Below, one piece after another: positions 39,241-49,806 of a stretch of 64,000 nucleotides of DNA (its first letter is position 1; each line of letters starts with the position of its first letter). The position numbers were made by a program, and so were the translations under genes. Below the pieces are notes generated by a model. That model was not told where the DNA came from and did no database searches. It saw nothing but the letters and a program-made list of their open reading frames with translations. Source of the DNA: an uncultured delta proteobacterium (GTDB taxonomy: Bacteria; Desulfobacterota; RBG-13-43-22). The DNA is taken from NCBI GenBank assembly GCA_963711835.1, contig CAVQFQ010000021.1:128001-192000 (forward strand), read 5' to 3'.

Positions 39241-40608
39241 TCAGGAAAGATTATATTTCTTTATCTTATATCTCAGCAGGTTCTTTTCAATCCCCAGGAG
39301 TTCCGCGGCCCGGCTTTGGACATAACCGGATGCCGTCAGCGCCCGGGTTATCATCTTTATTTCTATCATTTCAAGGACCTCATTTAATTTGGCCCCGGCC
39401 GGAATAAATCTTTCCGTCAGCCATTCAGGATCGACGGAGGACTTCTTCCCTAAAGGCAGGTCTTCCGGCCGGATGGACGGACCGGAATGGAGTATAACCG
39501 CCCTTTCCAGCATATTTTCTAATTCTCTGATGTTCCCGGGCCAGTCATACGTCAGCAGCCCTTCCATCGCCTCGGGAGATAAACGCGGGACCTCTTTCCT
39601 GTTCATTTCCCTTGAGAATCGTTCCAGGAAATAGCGGATAAGCAGAGGCAGGTCTTCCTTCCTTTCTCTAAGGGGAGGAACCTCTATGTGAACCACGTTC
39701 AAGCGGTAAAAAAGGTCCTCCCGAAAGTTGCCCTTGGCAATTTCTTCTCTCAAATCCTTGTTGGAAGCGGCCATGACCCTTACATCCACCTTGATGGTCT
39801 TGTTGCCTCCCACCCGCTCGAATTCTTTATTTTGAAGGACCCGGAGCATGGTCACCTGAACCGAGGGAGACATCTCGCCTACTTCATCCAGAAAGAGCGT
39901 GCCCTCGTTGGCCAATTCAAATCGTCCCTTACGCTGGCTGACCGCCCCGGTAAAGGATCCCCGTTCATGGCCGAACAGCTCGCTTTCCAGCAGGGTTTCG
40001 GTTAAGGCCGAACAATTGACCGAAATAAGGGGCTTGTCCTTCCGGTCGCTGCTGAAATGAACGGCCCGGGCCACCAGTTCTTTGCCCGTACCCGACTCCC
40101 CGGTGATCAACACCGTAGCGCGGGTACCGGCCACCTTGGCGATCAGATCCCGGACTTGTCTCATGGGCAGACTATTCCCCACCAAATCGGTGGGGCCGAA
40201 TTTTTCCTTCAGTTCCTTGGAGAGCAGCCGGTTTTCCTTGATGATTCGGCCCAGGGCCAGGGCTCGGGCAATCGTTTTCTTTAAGACCTCATTGTCAAAG
40301 GGTTTGGTGATATAATCGGAAGCCCCTTTTTTCATGGCTTCAACGGCCTTTTCCACCGTCCCGTAAGCGGTCATCATGATGACCGGAAGGTGGAGGTCTC
40401 TCTCTTTCAAGAGGCTGAGCAATTCCATACCGCTCATGGCCGGCATTTTCATATCGGTAATAACCAGATCCAGGTCGTTTTCCTGGATGAGGCTCAAGGC
40501 TTTCGAGGCCGATTGAGCGCTCAGGACTTCGTAGCCCTCCTCCTCGAGTAATTCGGTCAACACCAAAAGGTAATTTTTTTCATCATCGACCACTAAAATG
40601 GTTTCCAT
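39241..40608 (-). CDS. sigma54-dependent response regulator (NtrC family)
   Basis: REC domain, GESGTGKE, GSFTGA, FLDEVGE, WPGNIREL, C-terminal HTH. Confidence 0.95.
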   Translation of the reverse strand: METILVVDDEKNYLLVLTELLEEEGYEVLSAQSASKALSLIQENDLDLVITDMKMPAMSGMELLSLLKERDLHLPVIMMTAYGTVEKAVEAMKKGASDYITKPFDNEVLKKTIARALALGRIIKENRLLSKELKEKFGPTDLVGNSLPMRQVRDLIAKVAGTRATVLITGESGTGKELVARAVHFSSDRKDKPLISVNCSALTETLLESELFGHERGSFTGAVSQRKGRFELANEGTLFLDEVGEMSPSVQVTMLRVLQNKEFERVGGNKTIKVDVRVMAASNKDLREEIAKGNFREDLFYRLNVVHIEVPPLRERKEDLPLLIRYFLERFSREMNRKEVPRLSPEAMEGLLTYDWPGNIRELENMLERAVILHSGPSIRPEDLPLGKKSSVDPEWLTERFIPAGAKLNEVLEMIEIKMITRALTASGYVQSRAAELLGIEKNLLRYKIKKYNLS

Positions 40609-40672
40609 CTTCTTAACACCTTCGTCACATTCGTTGCTGCTGCCTGGTCTTCTTTTCCGAAGGGGAAAGAAA

Positions 40673-42094
40673 TTAGACCGGCCTTTCCCTGGGCAGGGTC
40701 AGTCTGATCAATACGCCACTCTTCTCCCCCAACATCATTTGGATCTGGCCGCGATGGGCCTCAATGATATTCCGGACAATCGGCAAGCCCAGTCCGCTGC
40801 CCTTTTCTTTCGTGGTATAGAAAGGATCAAAGGCCCGGTTCAGTGCTTCCGGGGACAATCCTGGACCGGTGTCACTGATCTCCACCTGCACCTGCCTCGG
40901 TTCATAGCGGACCTTAATCCCGATGGTCCCCCCCTCCGGCAGGGCCTGAAGGGCATTGATAAAAATATTTAAAAAAGCCCGGTAGAGAAGATCCTGGTCG
41001 GCTTCTACCGGTTGGGAATGGGCTTCTGAAAAATCCTTTTCAACACCGATCCCCTGCCGTTCCAATTCAGGGCCCAGGAAATTTAAATTTTTTTCCAGGA
41101 TGATTTCGATCCGAATCGGGGCATAACGGGGCACCTGAGGCCGGGCGAAATCCAGGAACTCGGTTACGATCCGGTTTAGACGATCGGCCTCTTCTCGGAT
41201 GACCGAGGCCAGTTGGTTCCCGGGATCGTGTTGGGCGACCTTTCTTTCGAGCAATTCGGCGGTACTGCGAATAATCCCCAGGGGGTTTTTTATTTCATGA
41301 GAGACCGAGGCAATCATTTCTCCCAGGCTGGCCAAGCGTTCCGCCTGATGCAGTTTGGCGACCAGACGTTTTTCGCCTTCGGCCCGCTTGGCCATTATCA
41401 CCTCACCCCGTTTTACAATAAAGAGCAGTATGAGGTACAATAAAGCCATGAGGCCGATGGAAATCAGGACCATCAGATATTGGTCCCGGATAATCTCCTC
41501 GTAATCATCGGAAATATTCTGGGTGATTTCAAAAACCCCCAAGATCTGGCCGGTGGGCTTATAGGCCGGACTCTCCACCCGGAAAGAAATGGTGGTGATC
41601 AGCTTTCGGACGGGCGTCTCTCCCCAGGTCGGGATGCGGAAAGACACATCCTCCGAAAGCAAACGGGAAGTATGCCGGCCCTGGGCGGCCTTTTTAAAGT
41701 CGGTCCCCCCCAGATTTTTTTTCCCCACCAGGGAGCGCTCCGTACTGTAGGCCAGGACATTGGATAAGTCATAGATATTGACCTTCTCAATCTTAAAGCT
41801 GTGAATGGTATTCCGGACGATCAGGTCCAGAACTTTGAATTGCTCGGGGTCCCGGAGCTGCACCTTTCCAATCCGCACCGTGACGGGCAGGACGAAATTG
41901 AAAAAAACCTGATGGTTAAGATTTTCCGCCAGCAAAAGAGCGAAGGATTCCGTCTTCTTTAATAAAGCCTCCTTGGAGCGCTGGGTGATGATAAAGGTCA
42001 GGGAGACGGCAAAAAGCATCATCACGATGAAACTACTCAAGAAAAAATACTTGACCAGTTTAAAGGGCTTGACGTTTTCCGGTAACATTTCCAT
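40673..42094 (-). CDS. Membrane sensor histidine kinase
   Basis: Two TMs, SHEIKNPL, DTGPG, GSGLGL. Confidence 0.95.
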   Translation of the reverse strand: MEMLPENVKPFKLVKYFFLSSFIVMMLFAVSLTFIITQRSKEALLKKTESFALLLAENLNHQVFFNFVLPVTVRIGKVQLRDPEQFKVLDLIVRNTIHSFKIEKVNIYDLSNVLAYSTERSLVGKKNLGGTDFKKAAQGRHTSRLLSEDVSFRIPTWGETPVRKLITTISFRVESPAYKPTGQILGVFEITQNISDDYEEIIRDQYLMVLISIGLMALLYLILLFIVKRGEVIMAKRAEGEKRLVAKLHQAERLASLGEMIASVSHEIKNPLGIIRSTAELLERKVAQHDPGNQLASVIREEADRLNRIVTEFLDFARPQVPRYAPIRIEIILEKNLNFLGPELERQGIGVEKDFSEAHSQPVEADQDLLYRAFLNIFINALQALPEGGTIGIKVRYEPRQVQVEISDTGPGLSPEALNRAFDPFYTTKEKGSGLGLPIVRNIIEAHRGQIQMMLGEKSGVLIRLTLPRERPV

Positions 42095-42103
42095 AGCGGT
42101 CGG

Positions 42104-43543
42104 CTAACTCAGATACTTCTTTCTGGATTTGGTGTACGGCCCCCACTCTTTGACTTTATCCTCGTAGCCCTTCCTCCCCAAATAGGCATAGGCCAGATTC
42201 TTGCCTTCTTCAACCCCGGGCTGATCCAAAGGATTGATCCCTAGCAGATGACCGCAGAGGGTGGTTTCCAATTCCCAGAGCATCATCAGTTGTCCAACCG
42301 TAAAGGGATTCACTTTGGGCAGCATCAAGGTCAGGCTGGGGCGCCCGCCTTTCACCAGGGTCAAACGGGTCGCCAGCATTTCAGCTTGAATCAATTCATT
42401 GAGGCTGTGGCCCCCCAGATAGGAAAGGGCTTCCAGCTTGGGATAGAGCTTGGGCAGGGATAGCAGGTTGACATAATGCTTTACCCCCACAAAGGTAAAA
42501 ACCTTGTCCCCGGGTCCTTCATGATACAACTGGAGCTGGGAATGTTGATCGGTGGCCCCCAGGGCCACCAGCGGAGTTTGTCCGGTCCAGACTTCTTTTC
42601 CTTTGGTATTCAACTTTTTTCCCAGGCTCTCGGCCCAAAGCTGACAAAACCAATCTCCTACACCTTTCAGGGCATCGGCATAGGGCATGACCACCCGGAT
42701 ATTTTTTTTCTTCTGTTTATAGACCAGGGTGGCCAGGGCAGCACAGAGATAGGCCGGGTTCTCCCAGATCGAATCGGTCCGGCAGCGTTTTTCCATCTCC
42801 CGGGCCCCGGCCAGCAATTCTTCCAGATCGATATCCCCCATGGCAGCGGGCAGCAGCCCCACGGCCGAAAAAACCGAATAACGTCCGCCCAGTAAGGGGT
42901 GGATCTCGAAACTCTGGATCTGTTCCTCCCCGGCGATCTTTCTCAGCACCCCTTGTTCCGGATCGGTGGTGATGACCAAGTGTTCCTTTTCTTTCCGGTT
43001 TCCAAGACGTTTCTTAAGCAAATCCCGGATGATCAAGAACTGGCTCATCGTTTCCGCTGTGCCCCCGGATTTACTAATGACATTAAAAAGGGTCTTTCTA
43101 ATATCCAGCAGGTCCAGCAAGGCCTTAAAGCCGTCCGGATCGATATTGTCGGCCACAAATACCCGGGGGAAACCCTTCCGCATGGTCTTGGATAATAAAT
43201 TATAATGGGGGTGGTTGAGGGCCGTCTGCAGGGCCTTGGCCCCGAGGGCCGACCCGCCGATCCCCAGAACGACAAAATTTTCAATCCAGTTTTTATTTCC
43301 TTGAACGAAACTTTTGATCCGGGGCGCTAAGGAGGAATCATAAGGAAGGGTTAAGAAAGGAAGTTGCCCCTGATCTTTTTTCTCCTGAATCTCTTGCCGG
43401 ATGGCCTGGAGGGCGGGAATCAAATGTTCAATTTCCTCCTCGGCAATCCCCTCTTTTTCCCCTAATAAAGGGCTCATCATAAAATTGACATCCAGGGCCA
43501 ATCTCATCTCTTGAACCCAATTTGGATCCATCCAGCGTTTCAT
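42104..43543 (-). CDS. pgi: Glucose-6-phosphate isomerase
   Basis: GIGGSALG, SKSGGT, GGRYS and DQPGVEEGK motifs. Confidence 0.95.
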   Translation of the reverse strand: MKRWMDPNWVQEMRLALDVNFMMSPLLGEKEGIAEEEIEHLIPALQAIRQEIQEKKDQGQLPFLTLPYDSSLAPRIKSFVQGNKNWIENFVVLGIGGSALGAKALQTALNHPHYNLLSKTMRKGFPRVFVADNIDPDGFKALLDLLDIRKTLFNVISKSGGTAETMSQFLIIRDLLKKRLGNRKEKEHLVITTDPEQGVLRKIAGEEQIQSFEIHPLLGGRYSVFSAVGLLPAAMGDIDLEELLAGAREMEKRCRTDSIWENPAYLCAALATLVYKQKKKNIRVVMPYADALKGVGDWFCQLWAESLGKKLNTKGKEVWTGQTPLVALGATDQHSQLQLYHEGPGDKVFTFVGVKHYVNLLSLPKLYPKLEALSYLGGHSLNELIQAEMLATRLTLVKGGRPSLTLMLPKVNPFTVGQLMMLWELETTLCGHLLGINPLDQPGVEEGKNLAYAYLGRKGYEDKVKEWGPYTKSRKKYLS

Positions 43544-43612
43544 TTAGTTAAGCTCCCTTCCGTGTGGGCTTGTTGCCTTATCGGTTAAAAATCCGTCCCC
43601 TTTTCTACCATA

Positions 43613-44944
43613 TTACTCTTTTTTAATCGAATTCAATTTCCTCCGCCAGGCTTCCAAGCGTTCCTTGACCAATTTTTCATAGCCCCGATCGGTGGGCTGG
43701 TAATATCTTCGGCCCGTCAACTCATCGGGCAGATTTTTTTGAGCGACCAGGGCCTCCGGATAATCATGGGCATAGCGGTATCCCTTTCCGTACCCCAACC
43801 CCTTCATTAGAGCAGTCGGGGCATTGCGCAGATGGAGCGGGACCGGCAGGCTCTGGGTTTTCTCAATCTCCTTTTGAACCCCCCCATAGGCCCGGTATAG
43901 GGCATTGCTCTTGGGGGCCGTGGCCAGATAAATCACCGCCTGGACTAGGGCCAATTCCCCTTCCGGGGATCCCAAGAAATGATAGGCCTCCTTGGCGGCC
44001 ACGGTTAAAGACAGGGCCTGAGGATCAGCCAGGCCTACATCTTCCATAGCGAACCGAATCAATCGTCGGGCAAGGTAAAGAGGATCTTCTCCGGCTGCCA
44101 GCATCCGGGCCAGCCAATAGAGGGCGGCGTCGGGGTCGCTGCCGCGAAGACTTTTATGCAGGGCCGAGATCAGGTTGTAATGTTCTTCCCCGGCCTTGTC
44201 GTAGACCAAGGCCTTTCGCTGGAGGGCTTCCTCAACCAGGGGCAAGCTGATCCCATATTCTCCTGTTTTATCCGGTTGGGTCAAGGCCAGGGATTGCTCC
44301 AGGGTATTGAGGGCCATCCGGGCATCCCCATCGGCCATGTGGGTTAGAAAATCCATGGCCTCCGGGGTCAACCGAACCGGCCGTTGTCCCAGCCCTCTCA
44401 CCGGGTCGCGGAGGGCCTGGAGCAAAATTTTCTCAATATCGTCAGCCTGGAGGCGGTTCAGGACCAACACCTTGCATCGGGACAGCAGAGGGGCAATGAT
44501 CTCAAAGGAAGGATTCTCGGTCGTAGCACCGATGAGGATAAGACGCCCCTTTTCCACGTGAGGCAGAAAAGCATCCTGCTGGGCCTTGTTGAAACGATGA
44601 ATTTCGTCCACAAAAAGGATCGTGGCTTGCCCGTGCTGCAACCGCTCTTCCGCCTCCCTGACCACCTCCCGAATTTCTTTTACCCCGGAAAGAACCGCGG
44701 AGAATTGGATAAAATGGGCCTTGACATAGCGGGCGATCAACAGGGCCAGGCTGGTCTTCCCCGAACCCGGAGGACCCCAAAAAAGAAGCGAAAAGATCTT
44801 CCCTGTATCCAGCATCCGCTTCAAAAATTTACCCGGTCCCAGCAAATGCCCCTGGCCGAAAAATTCCTCCAGGGCTTGAGGCCGCATCCGCTCCGCCAGA
44901 GGGATGTTTTCCGGAATCCTGTTGCTGAACATATCAAGGGTCAT
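43613..44944 (-). CDS. rarA: Replication-associated recombination protein A
   Basis: [28 protein letters not shown] and [11 protein letters not shown] motifs. Confidence 0.95.
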   Translation of the reverse strand: MTLDMFSNRIPENIPLAERMRPQALEEFFGQGHLLGPGKFLKRMLDTGKIFSLLFWGPPGSGKTSLALLIARYVKAHFIQFSAVLSGVKEIREVVREAEERLQHGQATILFVDEIHRFNKAQQDAFLPHVEKGRLILIGATTENPSFEIIAPLLSRCKVLVLNRLQADDIEKILLQALRDPVRGLGQRPVRLTPEAMDFLTHMADGDARMALNTLEQSLALTQPDKTGEYGISLPLVEEALQRKALVYDKAGEEHYNLISALHKSLRGSDPDAALYWLARMLAAGEDPLYLARRLIRFAMEDVGLADPQALSLTVAAKEAYHFLGSPEGELALVQAVIYLATAPKSNALYRAYGGVQKEIEKTQSLPVPLHLRNAPTALMKGLGYGKGYRYAHDYPEALVAQKNLPDELTGRRYYQPTDRGYEKLVKERLEAWRRKLNSIKKE

Positions 44945-44957
44945 CTTATTTAACTCC

Positions 44958-45154
44958 GATACCGGATGCTGGATACTGGATAAATTCAATTATAATCATC
45001 CTGCTGAACTTCACCAATTGGCCATCAAACGATCACGATCCGGGATGCAGGCGAGTCACGGTGCGGGAGAGAAAAACGACCTGGAAGCGAGCTTAAAGTC
45101 ATGTAACTCAAGCTGTTCTGTCGTTCCTGTATCCTGAATCCAGAATCCAGTATC
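44958..45154. repeat. Inverted heptamer repeat pair
   Basis: (GATACTG-like)n at 44958-44982 and (ATCCAG-like)n at 45130-45154. Confidence 0.6.
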
Positions 45155-45185
45155 GTCTTTCGTTTTTATCGAGTATCCTAATGCT

Positions 45186-45899
45186 TTAATTCTCCCCCAG
45201 ATAGGCCTGGCGGACCCGTTCATCCTGAAGCAACTCCTGGCCCGGCCCTTCCAGGGTCAGCCTCCCGGTCTCCAGGACATAACCGTAATCCGCCGCTTCC
45301 AAGGCCGCCCAGGCGTTTTGTTCGATCAGCAGGAGGGTGGTTCCTTTTTGATGAATTTTTTTGATGATCCGGAAGACCTCTTCCACCAGTTGGGGGGCCA
45401 GCCCCAGGGAGGGCTCATCCATCATCAGGAGCTCCGGGGCGGCCATCAAGGCCCGGCTGAGAGCCAGCATCTGTTGTTCCCCTCCGGATAAGGTGCCGGC
45501 CTTTTGCTTCAAACGGTCCTTCAGCCGGGGGAAAACGGAAAAAATCCATTCCAGATCTCTCCGGAAATTCCTGTCGCTGGGACGAGTATAGCCTCCTATC
45601 TTGAGATTTTCATCTACCGTCAAATTGGCAAAGACCCTTCGACCTTCAGGCACCAGACTGATTCCTTTCCGGGCAATTACATGGGCCGGTCTATTGGAAA
45701 TGTCGGCTCCTTTAAAATAAACCTTCCCCTCCTGGCTGCGGACCAGACCGGCCACCGTCCTTAAGAGGGAGCTTTTCCCGGCGCCGTTGGCCCCGATCAG
45801 GGTTACGACCTTCCCCTCCGGCACCCGTAAAGAAATGTCTTTCAAGGCCGGGATCCCCTGATAAGCAACCTGTAGGGCCTTAACGTCCAGCATCGGCAT
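45186..45899 (-). CDS. livF: Branched-chain amino acid ABC ATPase
   Basis: GANGAGKS, VPEGRRVF, LSGGEQQM and DEPSLGLAP motifs. Confidence 0.92.
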   Translation of the reverse strand: MPMLDVKALQVAYQGIPALKDISLRVPEGKVVTLIGANGAGKSSLLRTVAGLVRSQEGKVYFKGADISNRPAHVIARKGISLVPEGRRVFANLTVDENLKIGGYTRPSDRNFRRDLEWIFSVFPRLKDRLKQKAGTLSGGEQQMLALSRALMAAPELLMMDEPSLGLAPQLVEEVFRIIKKIHQKGTTLLLIEQNAWAALEAADYGYVLETGRLTLEGPGQELLQDERVRQAYLGEN

Positions 45900-46653
45900 T
45901 TTTCCTTCCCAGATAAGCCTCAATGACCTTGGGATGATGCCGGATCTCCTGGGGAGTGCCCTCGGCAATGGAGGCCCCGTAGTCCAGAACCTTTATGGCC
46001 CGGCAGAGTCCCATGATGACCTTCATGTCATGCTCAATGATCAGGATGGTCAATCGGAAATCGGCTTGGATTTTCCGGATCAGTTCCATCAACTCCTCAG
46101 TCTCCCTGGGATTCATCCCGGCGGCCGGTTCATCCAGCAGGAGCAGTTCAGGCTGGGTGGCCAGGGCCCGGGCTATCTCCAGTTTCCTTTGCTGGCCAAA
46201 GGACAGGGACCGGATAACGCTCCGATCCAGACCCTCCAGACCCAGAGCGGACAGCAAATCCCGAGCCGATTCCCTGAGAGCGCGCTCTTCCCGAAGGGTG
46301 CCGGGGCTATGAAACACAGCCCCCCAAAAGGAAAAAGACCTTCGGCCATGAAAAGCAACTAATAGATTTTCCAAAACGGATAATTCCGGAAAAAGGCGCA
46401 GCGTTTGGAAGGTCCGGGCAATGCCTTTCCGAGTAACGGCATGAGCAGGAAAACCGGTAATCTCCTCCCCCTTAAAAAGGACTTGGCCTGCCTGAGGGAT
46501 CAGGCCGCCGGTGATGACATTAAAAACCGTGGTCTTCCCGGCCCCATTGGGCCCGATCAGGCCCAGAATGGATCCCCGGGACACCCGCCAGGAAAAGTCA
46601 TTCAAGGCCATTAAGCCGTCGAAACTCAGGCTGACCTGGGAAAGTTCAATCAT
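45880..46653 (-). CDS. livG: Branched-chain amino acid ABC ATPase
   Basis: GPNGAGKTT, IARTFQ and DEPAAGMNP motifs. Confidence 0.92.
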   Translation of the reverse strand: MIELSQVSLSFDGLMALNDFSWRVSRGSILGLIGPNGAGKTTVFNVITGGLIPQAGQVLFKGEEITGFPAHAVTRKGIARTFQTLRLFPELSVLENLLVAFHGRRSFSFWGAVFHSPGTLREERALRESARDLLSALGLEGLDRSVIRSLSFGQQRKLEIARALATQPELLLLDEPAAGMNPRETEELMELIRKIQADFRLTILIIEHDMKVIMGLCRAIKVLDYGASIAEGTPQEIRHHPKVIEAYLGRKNADAGR

Positions 46654-47677
46654 GATTCTTTCCAAACAGTCCGGCCCAGGAAAACTCTTTGCGACCCATG
46701 AGGCCTTCACGGGCAAAGATCATCACCAGGATCAGGATGAGCGAGAAGAGGACCATCCGCATCCCAGGAATGCCCGGCCAGGTCAGCCGGCCCCATTGCA
46801 TAGGTTCTTCCACCACCCGAAGCCATTCTCCGGCCCAGGTAAAAAGAGCGGCTGAAACGACCGACCCGGTGATACTGCCCAATCCCCCGACTACGATAAT
46901 GATGAGCAGGTTGAAGGTCAGGAAAAAAGAAAAAAGGCCGGGAGATATGGTGGTGATCAGGTGGGCCAGTAGACCCCCGGCCAGACCTGCAAAGAAGGCG
47001 CTCACAGTAAAAGCGAGCATTTTATGCCAAAAGGTATTGATGCCCAGGGCTTCGGCGGCCCCTTCATCCTGCCGAATGGTTTTAAAGGCCCGTCCATAGC
47101 TGCTCTTAACCAGTCGCTGGATAAAAAAAACCGTGGCCACGGCCACGCCCCAGGACCACCAAAGGTTGGTATGGGGCTCCAGGCCCTTGAGGCCCAAAGG
47201 TCCGTTGGTGATGGATTGCAGGTTATTGGCCGTCACCCGAACCACTTCCCCAAAGCCCAGAGTCACAATGGCCAGGTAATCCCCCCGAACCCGGAAGACC
47301 GGGAAGCCTATCAGAAACCCGAATAAAGCCGTAACCAGACCGGCCAGGGGCAACGAAATTAAAAAAGGCAGGCTGATCTGGCTCAGCGGCCATTTAAGCG
47401 GTTCGATAATGAAAGTGAGCTCCTTCTCGGCCGGGCTCAGGGTCAGGAGAGCCGAGGTATAGGCCCCGACAGCCACGAAGGCATTGGGGGCCAGGGAAAA
47501 TTGGCCCGTGACGCCGGTGATCAGATTATAGCTTACGGCCAAGGTAATGAAGATGGCGATGAGATTCAAGATCCGGATCTGATAGTCGGAGGCCTCCCTC
47601 TGGCACAGATAAAGGAATAGGAAAAGAACCAGGCAGCCCAGATAGGAAAGCCATTTACCGCTGAAGGCTGAATTCAA
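46646..47677 (-). CDS. livM: Branched-chain amino acid ABC permease
   Basis: RVRGDYLAIVTLGFGE and GGLGSITG motifs. Confidence 0.92.
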   Translation of the reverse strand: MNSAFSGKWLSYLGCLVLFLFLYLCQREASDYQIRILNLIAIFITLAVSYNLITGVTGQFSLAPNAFVAVGAYTSALLTLSPAEKELTFIIEPLKWPLSQISLPFLISLPLAGLVTALFGFLIGFPVFRVRGDYLAIVTLGFGEVVRVTANNLQSITNGPLGLKGLEPHTNLWWSWGVAVATVFFIQRLVKSSYGRAFKTIRQDEGAAEALGINTFWHKMLAFTVSAFFAGLAGGLLAHLITTISPGLFSFFLTFNLLIIIVVGGLGSITGSVVSAALFTWAGEWLRVVEEPMQWGRLTWPGIPGMRMVLFSLILILVMIFAREGLMGRKEFSWAGLFGKNHD

Positions 47678-47687
47678 GATCTCCTCC

Positions 47688-48569
47688 TCATTCCGGTAAT
47701 TTTTCTCCCAGAATTCCGGTAGGCCGCACCAGGAGAAGAATAATCAGTAAGGCAAAGGCCAGGGCATCCCGATACCCTGCCAGGGAAGGCAATAAAGCCA
47801 CCAGAAGGATTTCCATCAGTCCCAGGATGAGCCCCCCGATGACGGCTCCGACCACGTTCCCGATCCCTCCCAGGACCGCTGCCACAAAGGCCTTTAATCC
47901 GGGCATGATCCCCATCAGGGGATTGATTTGAGGATATTTCATGGCCCAAAGAATACCGCCGGCGGCCGCCAGGGCCGACCCCAGAGCAAAGGTTAAACTG
48001 ATGATCCGGTTCAGGGGAACCCCCATCAATTGAACGGTTTCCGCGTCCCGGGAGATGGCCCTCATGGCCAGGCCGACTTTAGTCCGGTAAAGGATAAGAA
48101 AGACGGCCAGCAGAAGCCCCAAGGTCAGTAAAAAAGTCCAGGGACTCAGGCTGAGGATGCGAAGGTCACCCCAGGTATAGACCTGGCTTAAGGCCGGGGG
48201 ACGGTAAAAGGCCTTCGGCCGGCCCCCCCAGAGGACCAGGCCCAGGTTTTCCAGAAAAAAGGAGACCCCGATGGCGGTAATCAGCGCAGAAATACGAGGG
48301 GCCTGCCTCACCGGCAGATAAGCCCCCCGGTCAATGGCTACCCCTAACAGGGCCGTTAATATAAGGGCCAGCAGGCCTGAAAGCCACCAGGGGAGCATAA
48401 AGTGGATCACCCCGAAGTAAGCGAAATAGGTACCCACCATCAGGACATCGCCGTGGGCAAAATTAATCATCCTCAGGATGCCGTAAACCATGGTGTAGCC
48501 GACGGCGATCAGACCGTACAAACAGCCCAGGTTCAAGCCGTTGATCAGTTGTTGGAGGACGAGGGTCAC
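47688..48569 (-). CDS. livH: Branched-chain amino acid ABC permease
   Basis: GYTMVYGILRMINFAHG and KAFVAAVLGGIG motifs; GTGA overlap with the upstream gene. Confidence 0.92.
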   Translation of the reverse strand: MTLVLQQLINGLNLGCLYGLIAVGYTMVYGILRMINFAHGDVLMVGTYFAYFGVIHFMLPWWLSGLLALILTALLGVAIDRGAYLPVRQAPRISALITAIGVSFFLENLGLVLWGGRPKAFYRPPALSQVYTWGDLRILSLSPWTFLLTLGLLLAVFLILYRTKVGLAMRAISRDAETVQLMGVPLNRIISLTFALGSALAAAGGILWAMKYPQINPLMGIMPGLKAFVAAVLGGIGNVVGAVIGGLILGLMEILLVALLPSLAGYRDALAFALLIILLLVRPTGILGEKLPE

Positions 48570-49399
48570 TTGCCTTTTCCGGAAAAGGACCACATCAGTT
48601 CGCCGCCCAGGACGAAGAGCAGGCAGGAATAATAGATCCACAAGATAAAAACGACCAGCAGGCCCAATGACCCGTAAATCGCAGTAAACCCGTTGATAAA
48701 ATCCACGTAAAGCCGAAAAAGATATTTGGCCATCTCCCATAGGCCGGCAATGAGCAGGGCCGACATGAAGGCCGCCCGGCTGGCTGGTTTTTTGCTGGGC
48801 AAAAAACGAAACAGGATAAAAAACATCAATACCGAAAAAAAATAAGCGACCAGGATTCCGGCCGTCCAGCCCCACCACTTCAGGTCCAATAAGGGGGGAA
48901 GCCCCAGCTTGGCCGGGATGGTCCTGATCAGGCCGAAAATACCGCTTAAGACAATGGACAAGAGAAATAAAATCCCGGTGATCACCACATAGAGCAGATC
49001 ATGGAATTTATCCCGAAGATATCCATGTTGGGAGGTGATCTCCAGGGTCTTGTTCAGGACGGATCGAATAGAACCGAAAAGGCGCATGGCCGTCCAGATT
49101 AAGCCTATAAAACCTACCAGCCCGACGATCTGGCGGTCCTTGACCAGGTTCATGATATTGGCCGTCAGCCTGGGTGAAGACTGGGGAAGAATCCGGACCA
49201 GATAGGTTCGGACATAATCCAAAATCTCCCGGGAGGAATGGAGGAAAAACCCCAGTACGGACAGGATGACCAAAATCAACGGGATAAAACAGATCAGGAA
49301 GTCAAAGGCCAGACCGGAAGCCAAAAAAAAGACGTCATCCTGATCCAGTTTTCGGATCAATCCCCTCGATTTCAAGGACCTACCTTTTATTGATCTCAT
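48566..49399 (-). CDS. YihY/BrkB-family membrane protein
   Basis: About 6 TMs and IYGSLG…LWIY motif. Confidence 0.88.
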   Translation of the reverse strand: MRSIKGRSLKSRGLIRKLDQDDVFFLASGLAFDFLICFIPLILVILSVLGFFLHSSREILDYVRTYLVRILPQSSPRLTANIMNLVKDRQIVGLVGFIGLIWTAMRLFGSIRSVLNKTLEITSQHGYLRDKFHDLLYVVITGILFLLSIVLSGIFGLIRTIPAKLGLPPLLDLKWWGWTAGILVAYFFSVLMFFILFRFLPSKKPASRAAFMSALLIAGLWEMAKYLFRLYVDFINGFTAIYGSLGLLVVFILWIYYSCLLFVLGGELMWSFSGKGK

Positions 49400-49752
49400 G
49401 GAGCTTCTTTTTTACCCACGGCTTCGATTTTATCCTGGGCCTTTTCCAGGCGGAGGGCGGAATCTTCGGTCTTTTCGGAGGCCTTCTCTACCCGCTTCAG
49501 GGCCTCTTCAGTCCTTTTTTGCGTTTCCAGGAGCCTTTTTTCCGCTTGTTCCAATTGCTGCAGGAGCTTTTCGAGCCGCAGAATTTCTTCTGCAGGAGAT
49601 GGGATGCGGGTATCGGCTTCCCGGGGTTCCGCCGAAGGCTCCCAAGAGGCCTCTCCGGGGAACTCGATGATTTGTTTGGGCGGCAAACACCCGCTTAGGC
49701 ATACCGAAAGCACAAGCCCGGCCCAAATAAAGGCGCTGATTCTTTTTTCCAT
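49396..49752 (-). CDS. Putative coiled-coil lipoprotein
   Basis: Lipobox LSGC and charged heptad C-terminus. Confidence 0.7.
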   Translation of the reverse strand: MEKRISAFIWAGLVLSVCLSGCLPPKQIIEFPGEASWEPSAEPREADTRIPSPAEEILRLEKLLQQLEQAEKRLLETQKRTEEALKRVEKASEKTEDSALRLEKAQDKIEAVGKKEAP

Positions 49753-49806
49753 ACCGTATCTTTATCCTTGTTGAAATTCTCAAGAAATCATTTCCTACCA
49801 GCTCTC